A stretch of 62,653 nt of DNA, filler included, from Actinomycetota bacterium (GTDB lineage Bacteria; Actinomycetota; Acidimicrobiia; IMCC26256; VFJJ01): assembly GCA_009886115.1 (NCBI GenBank). It is 3 parts of 3 records of this genome, joined end to end, with 100 filler letters (N's around TTAATTAATTAA, not from the genome) between each part and the next. Parts side by side here need not be neighbours in the genome. Positions count along the whole stretch, not along the records: positions 58,050 to 62,653 come from VFJJ01000169.1; 2 more parts are not named here. One strand, given 5' to 3'. The position numbers and the translations under genes were made by a program. How positions within the stretch are numbered: position 1 is the first letter of the stretch; the number at the start of each line of letters is the position of its first letter. This document shows, one piece after another, positions 60,822 through 62,653 of the stretch. The notes under the pieces were generated by a model, which was not told the origin of the DNA, ran no database searches, and saw nothing but the letters and a program-made list of their open reading frames with translations.

Positions 60822-60975
60822 ATGCAACGCCACTACGACGAAGGCACGCTCCTGCACAGCGGGCCGTTCGAACACCACCGCGGCATCACGGAGATCGACG
60901 TCGCCGATGAACCCGCCGCAGCAGCAGTCCTCGACGCCGGTCCCGCTGTGGTGGTCGGTGTCCCTAAGCCCCGAT
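60822..60975 (+). pseudogene. Degenerate YciI-like gene remnant
   Basis: HYDEGTLLHSGPF...DVADEPAAAAVLDAGPAVVVGV resembles the YCII C-half (G.LL.SGPF...DPAV..G). No intact N-terminus seen. Confidence 0.45.
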
Positions 60976-61032
60976 CGGGGACCTCCCCGAAGGTCAAAGG
61001 CTGTGCCATCGAGTGCCATCGCCGAAAACGCC

Positions 61033-61062
61033 GAAGGGGCCTCGCCGGAGCAAGACCCCTTC
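61033..61062. terminator. Hairpin downstream of the tRNA fragment
   Basis: GAAGGGGCCT...AGACCCCTTC imperfect inverted repeat. Confidence 0.5.
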
Positions 61063-61081
61063 TGAACTGGCATTACCTGAG

Positions 61082-61126
61082 TGGCGGGGGCAAGATTTGA
61101 ACTTGCGACCTTCGGGTTATGAGCCC
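61082..61126 (-). mobile_element. 3' half of tRNA-fMet(CAT); probable att site of an integrated element
   Basis: Minus strand GGGCTCATAACCCGAAGGTCGCAAGTTCAAATCTTGCCCCCGCCA has the anticodon loop, a perfect T-arm and the acceptor 3' strand, but no D-arm or 5' acceptor strand upstream. Confidence 0.85.
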
Positions 61127-61316
61127 ACAGACCTTCGTCCGCACCCGATGGTGCTGGGATGCATCAGTCCTGGTCAGCGAACACTTTCTGGTTCTTGCGG
61201 ACCGGTTTCGTGTGAGCCCGTAGGAGCCCATAGGACGGAGTCACAGTGACAAAGCTGTGACAGCCGTCGGCCATCGCGTCCGTTCGGCACCGGTATCGGA
61301 TCCCTCGGTCAAGTAC

Positions 61317-61748
61317 TCAGGCCGCGGAGGGCTTCAGTTCGGCGTGTTGCGCGACGGTGACGCCGAGGGCGTTGGCGATGTCGCACAGCCGGGCAAGACT
61401 GGCCGAGCGGTACTCGTTGGCCTCATAACGTTGGATCTGTTGTTCAGCCATCCCGAGCGCCTCGGCAAGTTGACGCTGGGTCCAACCGCGGGCGATACGT
61501 GCCTTGACGAGCACCGTCGACAACTCCGCCAACGATGACGCGTCGAACGTCGAAAGAGTGCCGCTTCGCAGTTGGTCGAAGTCGGCCAACTCGGCCCGCA
61601 GATCATCAGCCTGAGCGCGCACCGCGTCGAGCTCCAACCGTTCAAGCTTGGTTCGCTTGCCGGGACGTGCCTCGATGTTGGCGGCGGCCTCATCGAAGCG
61701 TTCCAAGTGTGCATGGGTGGCCCGGTACTGGACGTCGTTGGTGATCAC
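61317..61748 (-). CDS. XRE/HTH_3 transcriptional regulator (HigA-like, candidate antitoxin)
   Basis: MITNDVQY N-terminus; ARIARGWTQRQLAEALGMAEQQIQRYEANEY HTH. GTGA overlap with upstream gene. Confidence 0.88.
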   Translation of the reverse strand: MITNDVQYRATHAHLERFDEAAANIEARPGKRTKLERLELDAVRAQADDLRAELADFDQLRSGTLSTFDASSLAELSTVLVKARIARGWTQRQLAEALGMAEQQIQRYEANEYRSASLARLCDIANALGVTVAQHAELKPSAA

Positions 61749-62188
61749 GATGCGTCTCCTTTCGAGAGGTGGATGATGACGATGCCTTTGCGGCTGCTGT
61801 CGCGTTCGTTCTGGAAGAACTCGGCAAACGACAGGCCCGACACCGTCTCGACAACATTGGGGAACAACTCGCCACCGAAACGCGTCTTCTGCCCGGCACG
61901 CTGGTTGGACAAGTCCAACAACACCGGGTCGAGCACGTCGAGATCGACACCATCGCTCTCCCAACAGGCGTCGAAATCACCCGGCTCATCCTTCGCCGTG
62001 ACGAAACTGCCGTTCAACCAGAGCTGCCGGCACCCGGCCTCGGCGAGCAACTCGATTGCCTCGGCGAGACCGTCGAGCAGACGTCGACGCCGCTCGGTCC
62101 ATCCGAACCGTTCGACCACCTCATCCCACGACGCCACATGCTCACCCGGCGGCAACCGACCGCTGTCTGGATCGAACGCTGGAAGCAC
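61745..62188 (-). CDS. DUF6932-like minimal nucleotidyltransferase-fold protein (candidate toxin)
   Basis: GRLPPGEH, LWLNGSFVTAKDEPGDFD (GS..DxD), KGIV. Confidence 0.75.
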   Translation of the reverse strand: MLPAFDPDSGRLPPGEHVASWDEVVERFGWTERRRRLLDGLAEAIELLAEAGCRQLWLNGSFVTAKDEPGDFDACWESDGVDLDVLDPVLLDLSNQRAGQKTRFGGELFPNVVETVSGLSFAEFFQNERDSSRKGIVIIHLSKGDAS

Positions 62189-62190
62189 AC

Positions 62191-62208
62191 CACAACAATA
62201 GCGTTGTG
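62191..62208 (-). promoter_or_regulatory. Operator palindrome over the -10 of the NTase-HTH operon
   Basis: CACAAC-N6-GTTGTG; minus-strand TATTGT lies 6 nt before GTG 62188. Confidence 0.65.
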
Positions 62209-62293
62209 CCCTTGCGATCGAAGGTCGTTTCTGCCCAGCGCTCGGTGATCTGAAGACGTTGCGCGCGTCGGGATGACAAGCAGTGACTTTCAG

Positions 62294-62324
62294 CGTCCGG
62301 ACGTTGTCCGGACGACGTTAGAGT
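62294..62324 (+). promoter_or_regulatory. Operator and leaderless promoter of the DUF1778 operon
   Basis: Two GTCCGGAC palindromes 11 bp apart (62295-62302, 62306-62313), then TAGAGT 6 nt before ATG 62331. Confidence 0.7.
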
Positions 62325-62330
62325 GTGGGC

Positions 62331-62627
62331 ATGCCGAGAGCCGCAGAGAAGCCCCGTCGACACCGCATCGAGGTCCGCGTGAGCGCCGAGCAGGACGCGT
62401 TCATCCGCGAGGCGGCCGACCTCGAGGACACGACCGTCACCGCGTTCGTTCTCGACACCGTGACGGCCCGTGCCCGCAAAGTGCTCAACGCCCACCAAAG
62501 CGTCAAGCTGACAAACGAGGCCTTCGACCGATTCCTCGCCGAGCTCGACAAACCGGCCCAGCCGGTGCCCGAGCTGGTCGAGTTGTTCCGCCGCCACCCC
62601 GAGACCCCCGAGACCCCCGAAGGGTGA
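62331..62627 (+). CDS. DUF1778/TacA-type RHH antitoxin
   Basis: RIEVRVSAEQDAFIREAADL..TVTAFVL..A..VL...L..EAFDRFLAELDKP. Confidence 0.9.
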   Translation: MPRAAEKPRRHRIEVRVSAEQDAFIREAADLEDTTVTAFVLDTVTARARKVLNAHQSVKLTNEAFDRFLAELDKPAQPVPELVELFRRHPETPETPEG

Positions 62628-62653
62628 CCGACGCCGATCTGCGGCTCGTACGA
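62624..62653 (+). CDS. Probable start of the cognate GNAT toxin (runs off window)
   Basis: GTGA overlap with the antitoxin stop. Identity inferred only from the usual DUF1778-GNAT pairing. Confidence 0.45.
   Translation, partial: MTDADLRLVR

Noticed and set aside
61082..61160. Complete tRNA-Met gene
   Set aside because: The 5' acceptor strand and D-arm are absent; treated as an att-site fragment.

Overview
High-GC actinobacterial DNA, most consistent with class Acidimicrobiia (an inference from gene content and a characteristic GYW-repeat domain). The window is three contigs joined by artificial 100-nt N/TTAATTAATTAA spacers (28060-28159 and 57950-58049), so adjacency across those gaps is not established. 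Contig 1 (1-28059) opens with an ISL3 transposase remnant and a DUF222-HNH gene carrying a RecA-NDp-like promoter. It continues with a large surface-glycan locus (GT4/GT2 glycosyltransferases, methyltransferases and several apparently catalytically degenerate paralogs with coiled coils). That locus encloses three secreted enzymes (SpoIID/LytB, amidase, S8 protease) that share an identical six-repeat C-terminal module. The contig ends with an NHL-repeat Ser/Thr kinase, a fourth six-repeat protein and a frameshifted M12 metallopeptidase. Contig 2 (28160-57949) carries ycaQ-uvrA (LexA box), a flippase-type polysaccharide cluster, nadA, two GT-C-like membrane paralogs, vapBC and uvrC-rapZ-yvcK-(no whiA)-gap-pgk-[39-aa ORF + Fic/Doc]-tpiA-secG, followed by a partial ABC lipoprotein. 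Contig 3 (58050-62653) carries an IS3-family element, a TetR-MDMPI operon with a truncated third gene, a 3' tRNA-fMet fragment (probable att site) and two toxin-antitoxin-like modules at the edge of a probable integrated island. The best candidate for a new system is a six-bladed GYW-repeat propeller acting as a glycan-binding surface anchor, co-encoded with its putative polysaccharide ligand pathway. All family assignments come from motif recognition by eye; no searches were run.
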